A stretch of DNA of 64,000 bases from Cirrosporium novae-zelandiae (Eukaryota). The notes below the pieces were generated by a model, which saw nothing but the letters and a program-made list of their open reading frames with translations, searched no databases and had not been told where the DNA came from. This document shows positions 25,683-38,261 of this stretch, piece by piece. The stretch lies in assembly GCA_026023565.1 (NCBI GenBank), contig JAPETS010000020.1, positions 248,001 to 312,000 on the forward strand, written 5' to 3'. Each line of letters starts with the position of its first letter. Position 1 is the stretch's first letter. Both the position numbers and the translations under genes were made by a program.

Positions 25683-26487
25683 ATGTATTCAGCATTTGAT
25701 CGTCTTCGGCCTCTCCCTCCCCCCCCACCCTGCGTCCCAGAAAGGGGGCGGCACCTTTTATCCTGCGGCCACAGCTACCGAACCCAGAATCCCAGCTCTT
25801 GCACAAGAGATTGTTGGATTCCAACTTCGATAGCACCAAGAGAGCCTTGCCCAAGGTGCTATCCACCCCCCAGGACCACCCGCCTGTTACAAAGGGCATC
25901 ATCGGTTCGCAACACACTCGGGGGGCTAGTAGGCAGGCGATCAACACGGGAGGAAGAGGAGAGGCGCTTTGAGAGCACCCAAAGGGTGAGACCAATAATG
26001 GAGTGGGACGGCCAGGGGTATGTCCGAAGAAGACCAAGGCTTGACCTTGACGAACCCCCACCGGCGCGGAGTCCCCCACCACCCAGGAGGAGAGCCACAG
26101 GGTGGGAAGGAGAGGGGTACTCGCAGCAGCGGAGGCCAGGGAGAGCAGCAAGGCTAGACCTTGACGAGCCTCCCTCGGTGCGGCGGCCCACCAGGAGGGT
26201 CACGGAGTGGGAGGAGGATGAGGGTTACACACGCAGGAGGGGGGCCACAGAGTGGGAGGGCGAGGGCTACACGCACCGGAGGAGGCCAAGGCTTGACCTC
26301 GACGAACCTCCACCTGCACGAAGCCCCCCCAGATGGCGGCGCCAATACAGGTAAGTTCATTCATCCATCGCCTTTTCTAGTTTTTCAAAAAAAAAATTCC
26401 TCACTCTAACCCCTGTCCTGCCTCTTTCTTTCTTTTTTTTTTTGTTTTGTATCTAATACCTCACAATAAAATTTTTTTAGGAATTAA
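25683..26487 (+). CDS. Orphan Arg/Pro-rich repeat protein with an N-terminal Cys/His cluster (exons 25683-26350, probably 26481-26487)
   Basis: GC-rich ORF in AT-rich flanks, ACAATG start, CGH..C...C...CPRC cluster, 3 LDLDEPP and 4 W(E/D)..GY repeats. Donor AG|GTAAGT at 26351 and acceptor TTTAG at 26480. Confidence 0.7.
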
Positions 26488-27708
26488 ATAATGAAAAAAA
26501 AGTTGAAAAAAAAAAACTTTGAAGAAATCTATTAGACTAGTGTTTTTTTGTAAATAAAGTATATTTCATTGACTAACAAACAAGTATTGCAACTAGATCA
26601 CCATGGGCAAAAGTCATTCAACGATGGGGTTGGGGTAGAGGAGTCCTTTTAAGACTTGCGCCTAGGGGTCCCAAAACCCCTGGAGAATAAAAGACTGAAA
26701 TATACGCCCTCTCCCCCGAGTAATAATTATCTAGAACCGTGGGTGGTTTCATTCCATTTCCAAAGCCCTTAGTCTAATTATCTAGTCTAATTAATAGAAG
26801 AATTCCATTTGCTAAGATTAGATTAGATTAGATTGGTATACTGTAGATACTATTATAAAACTAGGCCATAAAAAGAAATAATAAATGCATATAAAAATAA
26901 TGATTTATAGAATATTACAACAACTCTAACTCGAGTTAGAGATTCTATATTATAGTCCAAATGACTTTATTTGTTTTATCAAGTAGTTAGTTAGCTAGCG
27001 CTACTACTATCTAATTAACTAATTATCACATTAAAGATATTACTGTAGAATAAAAGAGCCATGAATCTATTAACAATCTATTTTAGGGTATTGTATACTG
27101 AGGGAAAATATTTTTTTGGCGAGGAGCTAAGCAACCCCAGTCGGAGCCCATCCAATCCTGGGTGGGTTTACTAGTAAGATTGAGATGATTAGATTCAAGA
27201 AAAAAAAAAAAGAAAATGATCAAAATATCAAATGAATTTGTCGCCTTGTATCAAATTATTCGTGATGGTGAGGCTGGACTTGGCATTAGTGGTAATACCT
27301 GCAGTTACACAAGCTCAAGCGCTCTTTAACCACGGGGTCTTAACGTCACAATTATTTATTTTAGTAATTACTTTACTTTATGCGTCTATGGTATGTTTCT
27401 AGAGGAATGAATGGACTTTGAGATACGGTTAGTAATGTGAATGTCAAACAAGTAGAGTAGCGTATATGGTAAAAAGCTAAATCGGCTCTTGATTAAAACC
27501 GAAAGCTGTATATTCATTTCATTATTCATCCCGTCGTTCACTTCATTCATTATCCATGCTTTCAACCGGGATAACCTGAGCCCTTCACCATATCCTCAGC
27601 AAGTCCCCTTCCAACAACGTGCAATAACCTGACTACACCTCTCCGCCTCTCACATCGTTATCAGGGAAAATCGATATTCCCTTTAGGTGGTGTAGTTTGA
27701 CAAGCATT

Positions 27709-28671
27709 TCAAAAAATGAAAGGTTGATCACCATTGATATATACCCACCATAAAACGGTATGCTTGGCCGTGAAGCTCATATAAACAACAAATGTGAAGT
27801 CGTTTATCATAATATAACCTTTCTGAGCATCGTCCTGGATATCGACAAGGAAACAAGCGTATGCGTTGGCAAAGGGATCATCATCAAGATATTCCAACCA
27901 TAAATCGAAATGCTTGAGTGCGAAGCCAACATAATTCGAAAGTACGGGGTTGTATCCTATGATATGACTCTGTTGAATATCGTCCCAGATAGCGAGAACG
28001 ACCTGGCCGGCCTTATCTGTGGAGGTAGAGGTGGGATTAGACTGCTGCGAAGGGGCAGGATCAGCCGCCCCAATGCCGTCGATCTGGGATGGCAATATAG
28101 TTGGAACATTGCTAGGTTCGCTAATAATCGATAAGGTTCCCGGGGAATGGGAGCTGCTTGAATTGCATGGATAGAGGTCATTTACTTTGGTCATTGATGC
28201 TGCATTTAACGCACTAGAGCTTTTAGGCTGTTCTAAGCTCGGGGATTCGACTTCTAAGCAGCAGAGTTTTTCTATCGGTTTTGTGACAGCAGATAAACCT
28301 TTCCAGTCGTTAGCTTGTGGTTATTCATCAAACACCTTTGAAACAATGTTTCTGCATGTAAGCAGCATCGGTATCAAGCCTGAGTGTATAATGGTATGTA
28401 TATGTGAATATAAAATTGAAAGCTAAGAGTATAGCTTACTTTTGAAATAGGCTTTGCACTCTTTGAGGGGTAGGATAGGATGTCGTTCCGTTATGTGTTC
28501 TCTAAAGACTTTGTGATTATTCCGGTGAAACTTGGAACTGCAATAAAAGCCCGGGCACGATATTTTGGGAGTGGTATGGCGTTTTAGATCTGCCTTGCTT
28601 GTAAACGTACTTGGGCAGTGCTCGCAAGTAACCCGGAAAGTAGAGTTTTTGGACATTGGCACAGGTAGTAC
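27709..28671 (-). pseudogene. Fragmented C2H2 zinc-finger gene (structure unresolved)
   Basis: CEHCPSTFTSKADLKRH and CPGFYCSSKF...FREHITERH at 28423-28662, then a GTAAGC donor. The downstream frame leading into the 27709-28194 ORF carries an in-frame TAA at 28321-28323 and is out of phase with the obvious splice. Confidence 0.4.
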
Positions 28672-30709
28672 CTAGGCTACTGGTATATGAAATAATGAAT
28701 GAAATAAGAAGTAGAACACTAGTAACTTGATAACAGTAAGAAGTGTTGGAAGGATAGAGGTCGGTGTTCAAACAGTGTATTTACTGTAAGTCGAAATAGA
28801 AAAAGTGCGTGCCTTGAAATATACAATTATAGACAGATTGATGAGATGCGTGTTGGCTTATCATGATCATTGGGACAGAGAAATGCTGAGAGGGCTAGCC
28901 CCGAACTGATGAGGAAGCCACGCCCCAAGCATACTAAGATAATACCTCTAGAGAAGTCATTACATGGGGAACATATGGTATCAGCAAAGTGTATTGGTCT
29001 ATGAGGAGAATCGAGAAAAAAATGGACTTCTGGATAGGATCTTTGTGACTGCAAGTGCAAGTAAGTCTTGCAGCAACATCTCATTCGATGACAAGGGGCT
29101 AGGATTAAATGAAAAACTTAGTGCCTCCCCAGTTCTTGCGGCTGACGAGGATCTTCAATCCTGAGCACCTTTGACCCACAACGCTGGATTTACCCCACAC
29201 ATACTCATGTCCACCGGCCAACCACATCCACGTTAATTAACACCCAGCCACCCCAGAGCTTATAAATTGATAAGAAATCTGACGCGCACTTTCATTATGC
29301 GAAGATCAACTAGCTTCACCACCGTTAGTAACAATAGTAGTAGTAGCAATATGAGAAATCCTATCGCCGACATCTTCATCGTTATCCTCTCCTCCCTCCC
29401 TCAATCACCCCCTAATATAATACCGTGGAAGAGTAGCTGTGTAAGGGGTGATAATTCGGAAAAAAATCACTGGGGGGTTGTGCCCTCAATGGCATAACCC
29501 GTGAGAAGGGCTTTCTCCATACAAATAAATATATGGGAACTCCCTCTCGTCTAGAGGAGAATTTTCTCACTTGACTTGTCCTTTTTACTTGCTTGCCTGT
29601 TTACACAGATAGGTTTCCTTGGAAAATAAAAATAGGGAATTTTCCGATCACACTTTTGTCTATTAGTCAATTACACCCCCCCTACTAGGATGCTAGCCTT
29701 TATCTTTCTACTGAGTATATGAATAAATTCCAGGACAATATCGATATAAATACTAGTAGTATTTAAAATCTGTTGAGTCTGTGCTCCTAACTTCACGATC
29801 CTCTCCCTTTCATTATTCATCTCTCTAACCCCATCGAATCCACTCACTCTTGAAACCCTCTCCTTTTTTAAAACACCACAAGGCCTAACAACCTCCCTCA
29901 CAAATCCCACACAATTGAGTCCACGATTCAATCCAAATTCCCTCGAGCTCTCCACCCCCGTGCCCTCCGCAACAAGGTCGGAATATATCCATCCCCCTTA
30001 CTTTTTATACATCCAAGGAGGATTAGGAAGCCTTTTTTGGGGAGGGAAGGAAAACAAGAAGAAAGAGAAAAGGAGAATACCACACTAATTTCATAGGATC
30101 GATCATATCTCTTATTAACTATTCATATCACCCAACCAAGCAGCAGCAGCAGCAGCAGCAGCAGGCGCCGGCAGAAGTGATTATGGAGGAGTGCTTGGGG
30201 ATGCCAACCCCCAACCTCTTATATAAAATCGAACGCTTTCCCGCCCTCGTAACTCTCGAGCAGTAATTCGACTTCTGCCTTCTGCATCAAGGTTAGGAGT
30301 CACTCCTAAGCTCTTGTCATCACCACCACCACCACCACCACTATCATCACCACTTGCATCTCTTCTACGAATACAACACAATACCACCCCATCTAATTTA
30401 CCATACCATACCATCCATTCACACTATCATCCCAATCACACTACACACTACACTACACCACACTAACCCCATAACCTAGATCTCCCCTTATAAGTTAGTC
30501 CTCCACCTCTCTACCCGAAATATAATTATTCCAAGTAGTCTAAACTAAACTAATATAATCAAACCATTCAGCGATTATCCTTGATACTTCATATCTAATC
30601 AACGGTAAACCACCACAATATATCTTAAATTCCCGCTCAGCGTTTGGGCGGATGGAGGAGCGTACGGGTTCAAACCGACCCGATCATTCGGAGTTTTTTT
30701 TCAATAAAG

Positions 30710-30963
30710 GAAAACCCCGACCGAGGTCGACCGAGTGTTTTTGTGGTGGTACGTAGGGAGGGACGTGCGTCAGGTCGTCCGAGTTTAGCGAGCGGTAAGG
30801 CCGACATTGTGTAATTACTCGTCTTAAAAATACTTTGTACCGTTTAAAAAAAACCCCCCCGAGGTCGACCGAGTACTTTGTGGCTCGTGCGTCCGGTCGT
30901 CCGAGCTATTATTTGTAGGTTGAAATGGGTCGTCCGAGCTAATGAAGCGAATGGTAGGCCGAA
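30710..30963. repeat. Degenerate direct repeat (period about 135-140 bp) rich in CCGAG: CCGAGGTCGACCGAGT x2, GGTCGTCCGAG x3
   Basis: Directly visible, about 600-850 bp upstream of the beta-mannosidase ATG. Confidence 0.75.
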
Positions 30964-31545
30964 CTCCCCTCTCCAGCTTCGCTTCTTCCGTATATATATA
31001 CTTCCTCCGTCTCTTCTCCGTTCTTAATTTGGTAATGAAGGCTATCGTCTTATGTAATTGACAATTGCTACATGAAAATTTTTTTTTTCTTGTTTTTTAT
31101 TTTGTTCTTTTTTAGGAAAAGGAGGGGGATGTGTGTGTGTATGGATGGAGGAAGGGAAAGAGGGAGGAGATGGATAAAGATGAGGATGTTTTTTTTTTTT
31201 TTTTTCTTTGTTGGTATGGGGTATTATAAGTGGAGTGGAGTGGATATGCGGGATACGGGATGTGGGATGCGGGATGGAAATCTTTAATAGGTAATTGGAT
31301 CGCCGGTAGATAATGGATGGTGGGATGGTGGGGTTGTTCACGTTTCCCTCATTCATTCATTCATTCATCCATCCATCTATCTATAAGTACGTATATATAT
31401 CCATATTCTATATACACTTATGATATAGTTATATACATGTACATGTTCAATAACAATAACAATTAACAGATCTATGCATAGATAAATATATCCATCCCTA
31501 CTTCCCTACTTTCTTCTCATCACTACCACCACCGCTACCGTCACA

Positions 31546-34396
31546 ATGTTAACAAAGCACCCCCTCAACAAAAACTGGTTCTTCAAGCAAACATCCCCAT
31601 CTCCATCTCCCTCTTCCCCCTTTTCCACCTTTCCCTCCTCCACCACTACCATCCCCACATCCACATCCAACACCTACCTCCCAACATCCCAATTCCCCAC
31701 AGTCGCACACCTCGACCTCCTCCACCACAACCTAATCCCCGACCCCTATATCGACCAAAACGAACTCGAGACCCTGTGGGTTAATGAAGCTGATTGGACG
31801 TATTTGAATCGTGATATTGAACCGTTATTGTCGTTGTCGCGCGATCTCGATCCCGATCCCACCGCCCCCGTCCCTAAAACGGTGCTCGTGTTCCGAGGTC
31901 TCGACACCTTCTGCACGGTGTATCTAAATAATAAAAAAATTCTCGAGACTAAGGATATGCATATGGAATATCGGGTTGATGTGAGTGATGAGGCGATTCG
32001 GGAACAAGGGGGCCCCAGTGAATTGCGATTGGAGTTTCGAAATGCGATTCAGGTTTCTAGGGAGGAGAGGGAGAGGATTGGGTATAAGGGGAATGGGGGG
32101 GAGGTGCATTTTGGAGGGAGTGAGAGGCTTTTTTTGAGAAAGGCGCAGTTTCATTGGGGTGAGTTTTTTTTTTCGTTTGGAGGTTTTTTTACGTGAGGGA
32201 ATGGACTACTGTATACTGAATGTAAATATTGGGAATGGTGGTTTGTAGGTTGGGATTGGGGACCTTCGATTAATACATGCGGGCCCTGGAAACCGATTTA
32301 TATCGAGACGTACGTATCGCGCGTGTCCTCGATGCTAGTGACGCAAGAAGTTTCCCAGGATCTAAAGACCGCGATTGTTTTGATCCGAGGCACTGTGGAG
32401 AATCCGGCCCAGGCGGCACGGCTGGAGATTGAGATTCTGGATCCGGAGGGTCAGAGCGTGCAAACGATAAATCCTGCGGTTGCGGTGACGGAAGCAACCG
32501 GCGCGTTCGAATGTACGTTTGAGATCTCGAATCCCAGGCTTTGGTATCCGTTCCTGTATGGATCGCAGCCGCTCTATACGGTCAAAGCTAGTCTTGAGAA
32601 TCAGCATGTCAGGACCCAAGCCCTTGGACTCCGGCGTCTCAAGCTCCTTCAACATCCGTTGAAAGATGCAAAGGGGCTTTCCTTTACTTTTCAGATCAAT
32701 AATATTTCTATTTTCTGTGGTGGATCTTGTTGGATTCCGGGAGACTTCATCTTGCCGCGCATGACGCCCCAGCGCTATTCAGATTGGGTTGCTCTTGCCA
32801 AGTCGGGAAACCAGACAATGATTAGGGTGTGGGGAGGTGGTATCGTGGAGGATGATGCATTCTATGATGCGTGTGATCGAGAGGGGGTGCTCGTTTGGCA
32901 GGATTTTTTGTTCGCATGTGGAAATTATCCTGCTAGTGACGACTTTTGTGAGTTGGTCAAGGCTGAGGCGGAGCAGCAGGTTAGAAGGGTGGGCTGGCAT
33001 CCGAGTTTGGTCATCTGGGCCGGGAATAATGAAGATTACATGCTGGCAAATCGGTGGGGTTGGTGTGTAAAAGTGACGCCCTGAATTACGGTGCTGGGGC
33101 TAATAATAGTGATTAGGGAGTGGGATCCGAGTGATGAAAAAGGACCTTGGGATCACACCAATTTTCCTGCAAGAAATATATACGAACGCATCTTGCCAGA
33201 CGTTTGCGAGAGACTTGCAGGGGATGTGCCATATTGGAGAAGCAGCCCGTACGGTGGAGCGTTTGCAAACGACCCAACAGTTGGGGATACGCATATATGG
33301 GACGGTAAGTCTTTCTTCCTCTTTAAGAATTTCAATTAATAAAAAGTATCTAGTATGGCATGGCAAGATGTCTCCATATCAGGACTATAAAGAGTACATG
33401 GGACGCTTCATCACCGAATTTGGCTTCGAGTCTGCTCCAGATTTGAGGACCATTAATAAAGGAATCACCGATCCACGAGAACGACATAGTCAGAGCCGCA
33501 CATTCGATGCTCACGACAAAGGACCGGGAAATGCGCGCCGCTATGGCATGTACATGAGCGAAAATTTTCGATACCGCATGCAACCCCTCCCAACCTATAT
33601 TTACTGTTCGCAATTTCTCCAGGCCCAAGCTATGCAATATGCATATAATCTCTGGAGACGTTGTTTCCGAGGTCCCGGCAACGAGATTTGTTCAGGTGCC
33701 CTTGTTTGGCAGCTCAACGACATATGGCCAAGTACATCTTGGGCTCTTGTCGATGTTGATTTGCATCGTAAAGCAGCTTTCTATGTGACAAAAAGAGCAC
33801 TCGCACCAGTAGTGGTGGGGATGGAACGCGTTGTCACAAAAAAGCCAAGTTATATTGTAAGCAGTTATCTACCCGAGAAGGGAGCCGTAGAGGTCTGGGT
33901 TGTTAATGGCACGGTGGAAACAATCGAGACGGTTCTCAAATTCAAAGCATTTGATATTGAAATGGGGGACGACGTTGCTTTGGCAAAGGGCGATATTGAG
34001 GTGAGGCTCCTTCCAAATCGCAGCACAGATATCGCCAAGGTCGATATCCCAAGGCCTGACACAACCGTAATTGTTGCCTATCTAGATGAAAAGTCAACTT
34101 CGAAGCGTCTGGCAAGATGGGTCTCATGGCCAGAACCACTGAAATATTTGCGTTTTAATCAAAAGTTGAATGTGACTGCGCGAGTGCAAGATGATAGGGT
34201 CATTCTGAGCACTAATGCGCCGGTTGTAGGCGTGGTCGCTTCCGTACCGATTGAAGAAGGAGAGGATGCTATTTGGGATGATAACCTGATAGACTTGGTA
34301 CCTGGAGAGGAGGTTGAAATTGCGGTGAAAGGGCTGAACGGGAGAAAAGTGATGACTAGGTTTCTATGCGATTGGGAGCTGGAAGATTCAAAATAA
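31546..34396 (+). CDS. GH2 beta-mannosidase, intracellular MndB-type (exons 31546-32158, 32249-33062, 33117-33304, 33354-34396)
   Basis: RKAQFHWG|WDWGP, GSCWIPGD, MIRVWGGG, WAGNNE (acid/base), ITEFG (nucleophile) and WQLNDIWP. No signal peptide. Three in-phase introns. Confidence 0.93.
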
Positions 34397-34707
34397 GATA
34401 TGAATAATCTGATCGTTGATGACCTGAGATGGTTGAGAAATATCTTGGTTGTTGATGATTGGCTTCCAAATAGCACTTTAGGGAGCCCTTGAGGAGCTGG
34501 TCCTGTTCCTTGTGGTTGGGATGGGCAAAGATTCCACGTAGTTGCGTTGTAGTTATAAATCTCCCCTGATTGCACTCTCATTCTCACAAGTGATGTATGT
34601 GCTTTGCTTGACTTCTCGTGAGCATCAGTCGCAGGGATCCTTGTACCTAAAGGTAGATAGGAAATGTCCCTGGAATTAACTGGGCCCTAACATTCAGCCG
34701 TTAAGCT

Positions 34708-35205
34708 TTAGAAAACCATGTCGATCACCTTCCACATCACGATACAGATAATTGGAAACACGAATATTATTATCATCAGGAAATCCTCATATAGTTCACC
34801 CTTTCCAAAACTAGACAATCCCCAATTGGAGGCCAAAACCCTGCCCAGCCTGATCCGATTCCCACAAAACAGACACTCAACCTCCTTCTCACCCGCCTTT
34901 TCTCCAAATCTGCTAAGCCTCCAATGTAGTCTCCGATGTCTCATCAAATATATGACCTCCTTGCTGCAAAAGGTTTCGTCGCTCCTGAAATCGCATTTCT
35001 CCTTCAGGCAACCGAGACCCTGTTTTTTGCGTTGAAGAAGCCAATCAACCTTTTTGAGAATGTCGGTGTCGACGAGATCATAAAAGTAGCGGGAGCTGTG
35101 CTTAAGGGCAAGGAGATCTGGGTAGGAGAGATTGGTCGTTATTAGCAGGTGGAGTTCGGGGGGTAGGGTGAGAAGGGTGGTCGGAGGGGTTGATTGGAGA
35201 GACAT
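34708..35205 (-). CDS. Small F-box protein with a C-terminal transmembrane segment
   Basis: LLTLPPELHLLITTNLSYPDLLALKHSSRYFY F-box, CDFRSDETFC motif and a hydrophobic C-terminus. Confidence 0.8.
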   Translation of the reverse strand: MSLQSTPPTTLLTLPPELHLLITTNLSYPDLLALKHSSRYFYDLVDTDILKKVDWLLQRKKQGLGCLKEKCDFRSDETFCSKEVIYLMRHRRLHWRLSRFGEKAGEKEVECLFCGNRIRLGRVLASNWGLSSFGKGELYEDFLMIIIFVFPIICIVMWKVIDMVF

Positions 35206-35904
35206 TTGGTATAGAGGTCAAGAGAACATTTATTTATCATTTAATTATTGAATAAGACAGTAAAGAATTAATGAATGAAATCGTTGAGATTTTATGGGGG
35301 TTGTTTTATCTCGTTGCCTCGACGGAAGTGGTTGCCTGACTAAAAAAGGCTTTTCAAGCTTTAAAGCCACATTGCGGCTAAGGATCATGGTAGAACGGCG
35401 TTGGATTGAGACAGTACCATTCCTATTATTGTCATATTTAAGCTCTCTAAGGAATAATAAATGAATTTAACAAGGGATCAATGTATTATGCTAATGATCA
35501 GCTTTGGCATAATGAGATGGATGAGCGGCATGTAAACAGAGCAAACAAACACCAATTGGCTCATTCCGGATTCTCGGAGAACCATTTCGCCGTGTATATA
35601 TCTTCTTATCTGCTTATGCGAAAGCTAACCCGGATCTTGAATTATGCTTGTAATGATTCTACTGTAAATGAGTATATTTAGACCACTAAGGGTGAAATGA
35701 TATAGATGGCTTCGATTATTACTCTTTTGTAACCTTGTCTCGTATCTATACAGTAAATATATCCGGTTTGTAACAAAAAAATCGGAGTCGAATTGGATAT
35801 ACGATGCTGCAATTCTGTGATTTAGAATAGTAAGAGGCGTTGTAGCTATCTCACGATTCTAACTTGAGGCCGAATCGATTGAGCTCATTTCGAAAGTGGT
35901 ACTA

Positions 35905-36316
35905 TTACAAAATTAGAGTGACCAAAGGTGAATACCAGTAGTCACCATCAGGATCAGAAGTGGTTGATGCAGTGGAAATGAACGTAAAATTTATATCATC
36001 CATATCCAACACATATGGACCTCCATCCACGTTCGTATCCGCAAAGTCTAGCTGTAATACTTGGGTTGTGTTTGTTGCTGTGATTGTTCCCGTTGTCGAT
36101 TGCCACACGTCGGTGTCATCGTAGAATGCTATCTTGGCCCCGGGTATAGGTCTTCCACTCAACATGCCCATGAAAATAGAGTCCTGGTCCTCTGTCGTCT
36201 GGACCTAGCGATAGTAAACCGTGAAGCTGTATGTGGCGCCTACAATTAGGCCTGAAATAGATTGACCGACGATTAGCTCTGGATCTAGTCCGATAGTACA
36301 GCGAGGATAATAGTCA
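35905..36316 (-). pseudogene. Decayed CBM4/9-like (galactose-binding-fold) coding segment downstream of the mucin gene
   Basis: QSISGLIVGATYSFTVYYR*VQ...WQSTTGTITATNTTQVLQLDF...LDMDDINFT lies in one frame with a TAG at 36205-36207 and is out of frame with the mucin ORF. Confidence 0.55.
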
Positions 36317-38261
36317 CCGCGGAGGTAGCTGCTGATGTTGAAGAGGTGGTCAAGGTGGATGAGGTGGAGGATGTCGAAGACGTGGACAACTCGGAGGTTG
36401 TAGACGACGACGAGGTTGTGGATGTTTGGGTGGCCGTATTCGAGACCAGGCATACACTGTCGTCAGTAACCGGAAGATACGAGATAGCTCCAGGAAGCCC
36501 CCCACTAGTGTCAAAGGCCACGCCAGAGGATTTAAATAGGCAATTGCTCTGGGTAACGCCGGTCAAATATGTGACTCCTCCACAAACATTAGCTGAGCCG
36601 TCACTAGGAGCATTGGCATTAGCACCATCGCAGACAGCAATGCAGTCAGCAAACTTTGAGACAGTTAGATAGTACATGGGGTTACCAGTTGTACTAGTTT
36701 CACTTTTTTCCTCATAGATTTTCCCTGCGACTGATGTGTAGCAGGTAGCAGAAGATGAAGGACTGCTGGAAGGTGAAGTTGATGTAGAGCTTGTGCTGAT
36801 GCTGGATGTCGAAGTTGAAGTTGAAGTTGTGGAGTCGGTGGTAGAATAGCTAGCATCGCTACTGGACGAAGAACTGGATGATGTAAGGGTGCTTAATGAG
36901 CTGGACGTGTCGGTAATCGAGCTGGTTGTAGTACTGTCAAAGGAAGTGGTACTAGTGGACGAGGTGGTAATACTTGAATCGGATGAAGTAGTACTAGTGG
37001 TTGAGGGAATAGTACTTGAATCAGACGACATGACACTAGTTGATGAGGTAATAGTATTTGAATCGAACGAGGCGTTCGAATCAGATGAAGTGGCAGTATT
37101 TGAATTAGATGAGGTCGTACTTGAAATGGATGAGGTAATAGTACTCGAATCAGATGAGGCGGTATTTGGGTCCGTTAGACTTGAGCTAGACGAGCTCGAT
37201 GTTGATGTGGCTAAATTACTCGCGGAGCTGCTTACCGAACTTGTTGATGAGCTAGAGGGGCTTATAGAGCTATCCATTTGAGTTGAGGAAATAATTGAAG
37301 AGCTATCGGTCGATGCGGATATAGAAGTTGTAGATGAAGTCATCGTTGAGCTATCAGATGAAACCGAGGAGATGGTTGAGGAGCTAGAAGTGTTGTCACT
37401 TGATGTAGATGTTAAACTTGTACTGGTTGTAGAAGTACTAGTTGAGGATGAAAGTGTCGACGAAACCGAAAAGCTTTGGCTAAATATAGAACCAGTAACA
37501 GAAGTATAGGTAGACGTCGTTGAAGGGCTACCCGAAGGGGCCGTCAATGATCCAGTCGGGGAGGTCTCCCCAATAGACGCGGAGCTAGATGTCGAACTGA
37601 GAATAGAGCTATCGGTGATTGAGGTAGAGCTTTGACTGCTCGATGTAGTTACCGAAGAAACCGTGGGAATGCTTGTTATGCTCAAAGAGGTACTGCCAAC
37701 GGAAGTAGAGCTCAACATTGAGGATATTGTCGTAGAAGAAGATGCTATCACATTTGAAGTGGATGATTGGCTAGCCAATAAAATACCAGTGGTGGATGAA
37801 ATTGTCACTATCAAAGTAGAGCCAGTCATGGACACGGAATTGGACACACCCATACTTGGGGATGCATTGGTATTCGATGATGCTGTTGTAATGGTAGAGG
37901 CTGATGTTTGAGACGTGAGACTCAAGCTAATAGTATTGGAGACAGATCCACCCATAGTGCTGAAGGAAGTGGAAGATATGCGGCCTGTGTCTGTAGTTTC
38001 CAGGAGACATGAGCAGGCTGACGAGAGACGATATTTCTTGTGATTTTTCCCGCCATGATCACCACATTCAAGGGAATAAGCAGAAAGGGGGGCATCATTA
38101 AAATGGCCTTGATATGTATCGCAGAACTGGGTGGCCTCCTCTTCATTTTGATTAAAAGACTGTAGACAACTGTCGGCGGAGTTGCATTTATTATAGCAAT
38201 GGGATGAAACAAATGAAAATAAAAGAAAGGTAGGAACTAGGTTCCTGAATGAAAGTAGCAT
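36285..38261 (-). CDS. Secreted Ser/Thr-rich (mucin-like) protein with an N-terminal Cys-rich module and a PAN/Apple-like domain
   Basis: Signal peptide, C..ADSCL...FC.TY...RLSSACSC module, a long S/T tract with internal SSDSSTITSSTS-like repeats, and FADCIAVCD...CGGVTY......CLFK (PAN/Apple-like). Confidence 0.8.
   Translation of the reverse strand: MLLSFRNLVPTFLLFSFVSSHCYNKCNSADSCLQSFNQNEEEATQFCDTYQGHFNDAPLSAYSLECGDHGGKNHKKYRLSSACSCLLETTDTGRISSTSFSTMGGSVSNTISLSLTSQTSASTITTASSNTNASPSMGVSNSVSMTGSTLIVTISSTTGILLASQSSTSNVIASSSTTISSMLSSTSVGSTSLSITSIPTVSSVTTSSSQSSTSITDSSILSSTSSSASIGETSPTGSLTAPSGSPSTTSTYTSVTGSIFSQSFSVSSTLSSSTSTSTTSTSLTSTSSDNTSSSSTISSVSSDSSTMTSSTTSISASTDSSSIISSTQMDSSISPSSSSTSSVSSSASNLATSTSSSSSSSLTDPNTASSDSSTITSSISSTTSSNSNTATSSDSNASFDSNTITSSTSVMSSDSSTIPSTTSTTSSDSSITTSSTSTTSFDSTTTSSITDTSSSLSTLTSSSSSSSSDASYSTTDSTTSTSTSTSSISTSSTSTSPSSSPSSSATCYTSVAGKIYEEKSETSTTGNPMYYLTVSKFADCIAVCDGANANAPSDGSANVCGGVTYLTGVTQSNCLFKSSGVAFDTSGGLPGAISYLPVTDDSVCLVSNTATQTSTTSSSSTTSELSTSSTSSTSSTLTTSSTSAATSAVTIILAVLSD

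Noticed and set aside
36346..37911. Acidic/Val-rich plus-strand ORFs
   Set aside because: They are antisense to Ser/Thr codons of the mucin gene.
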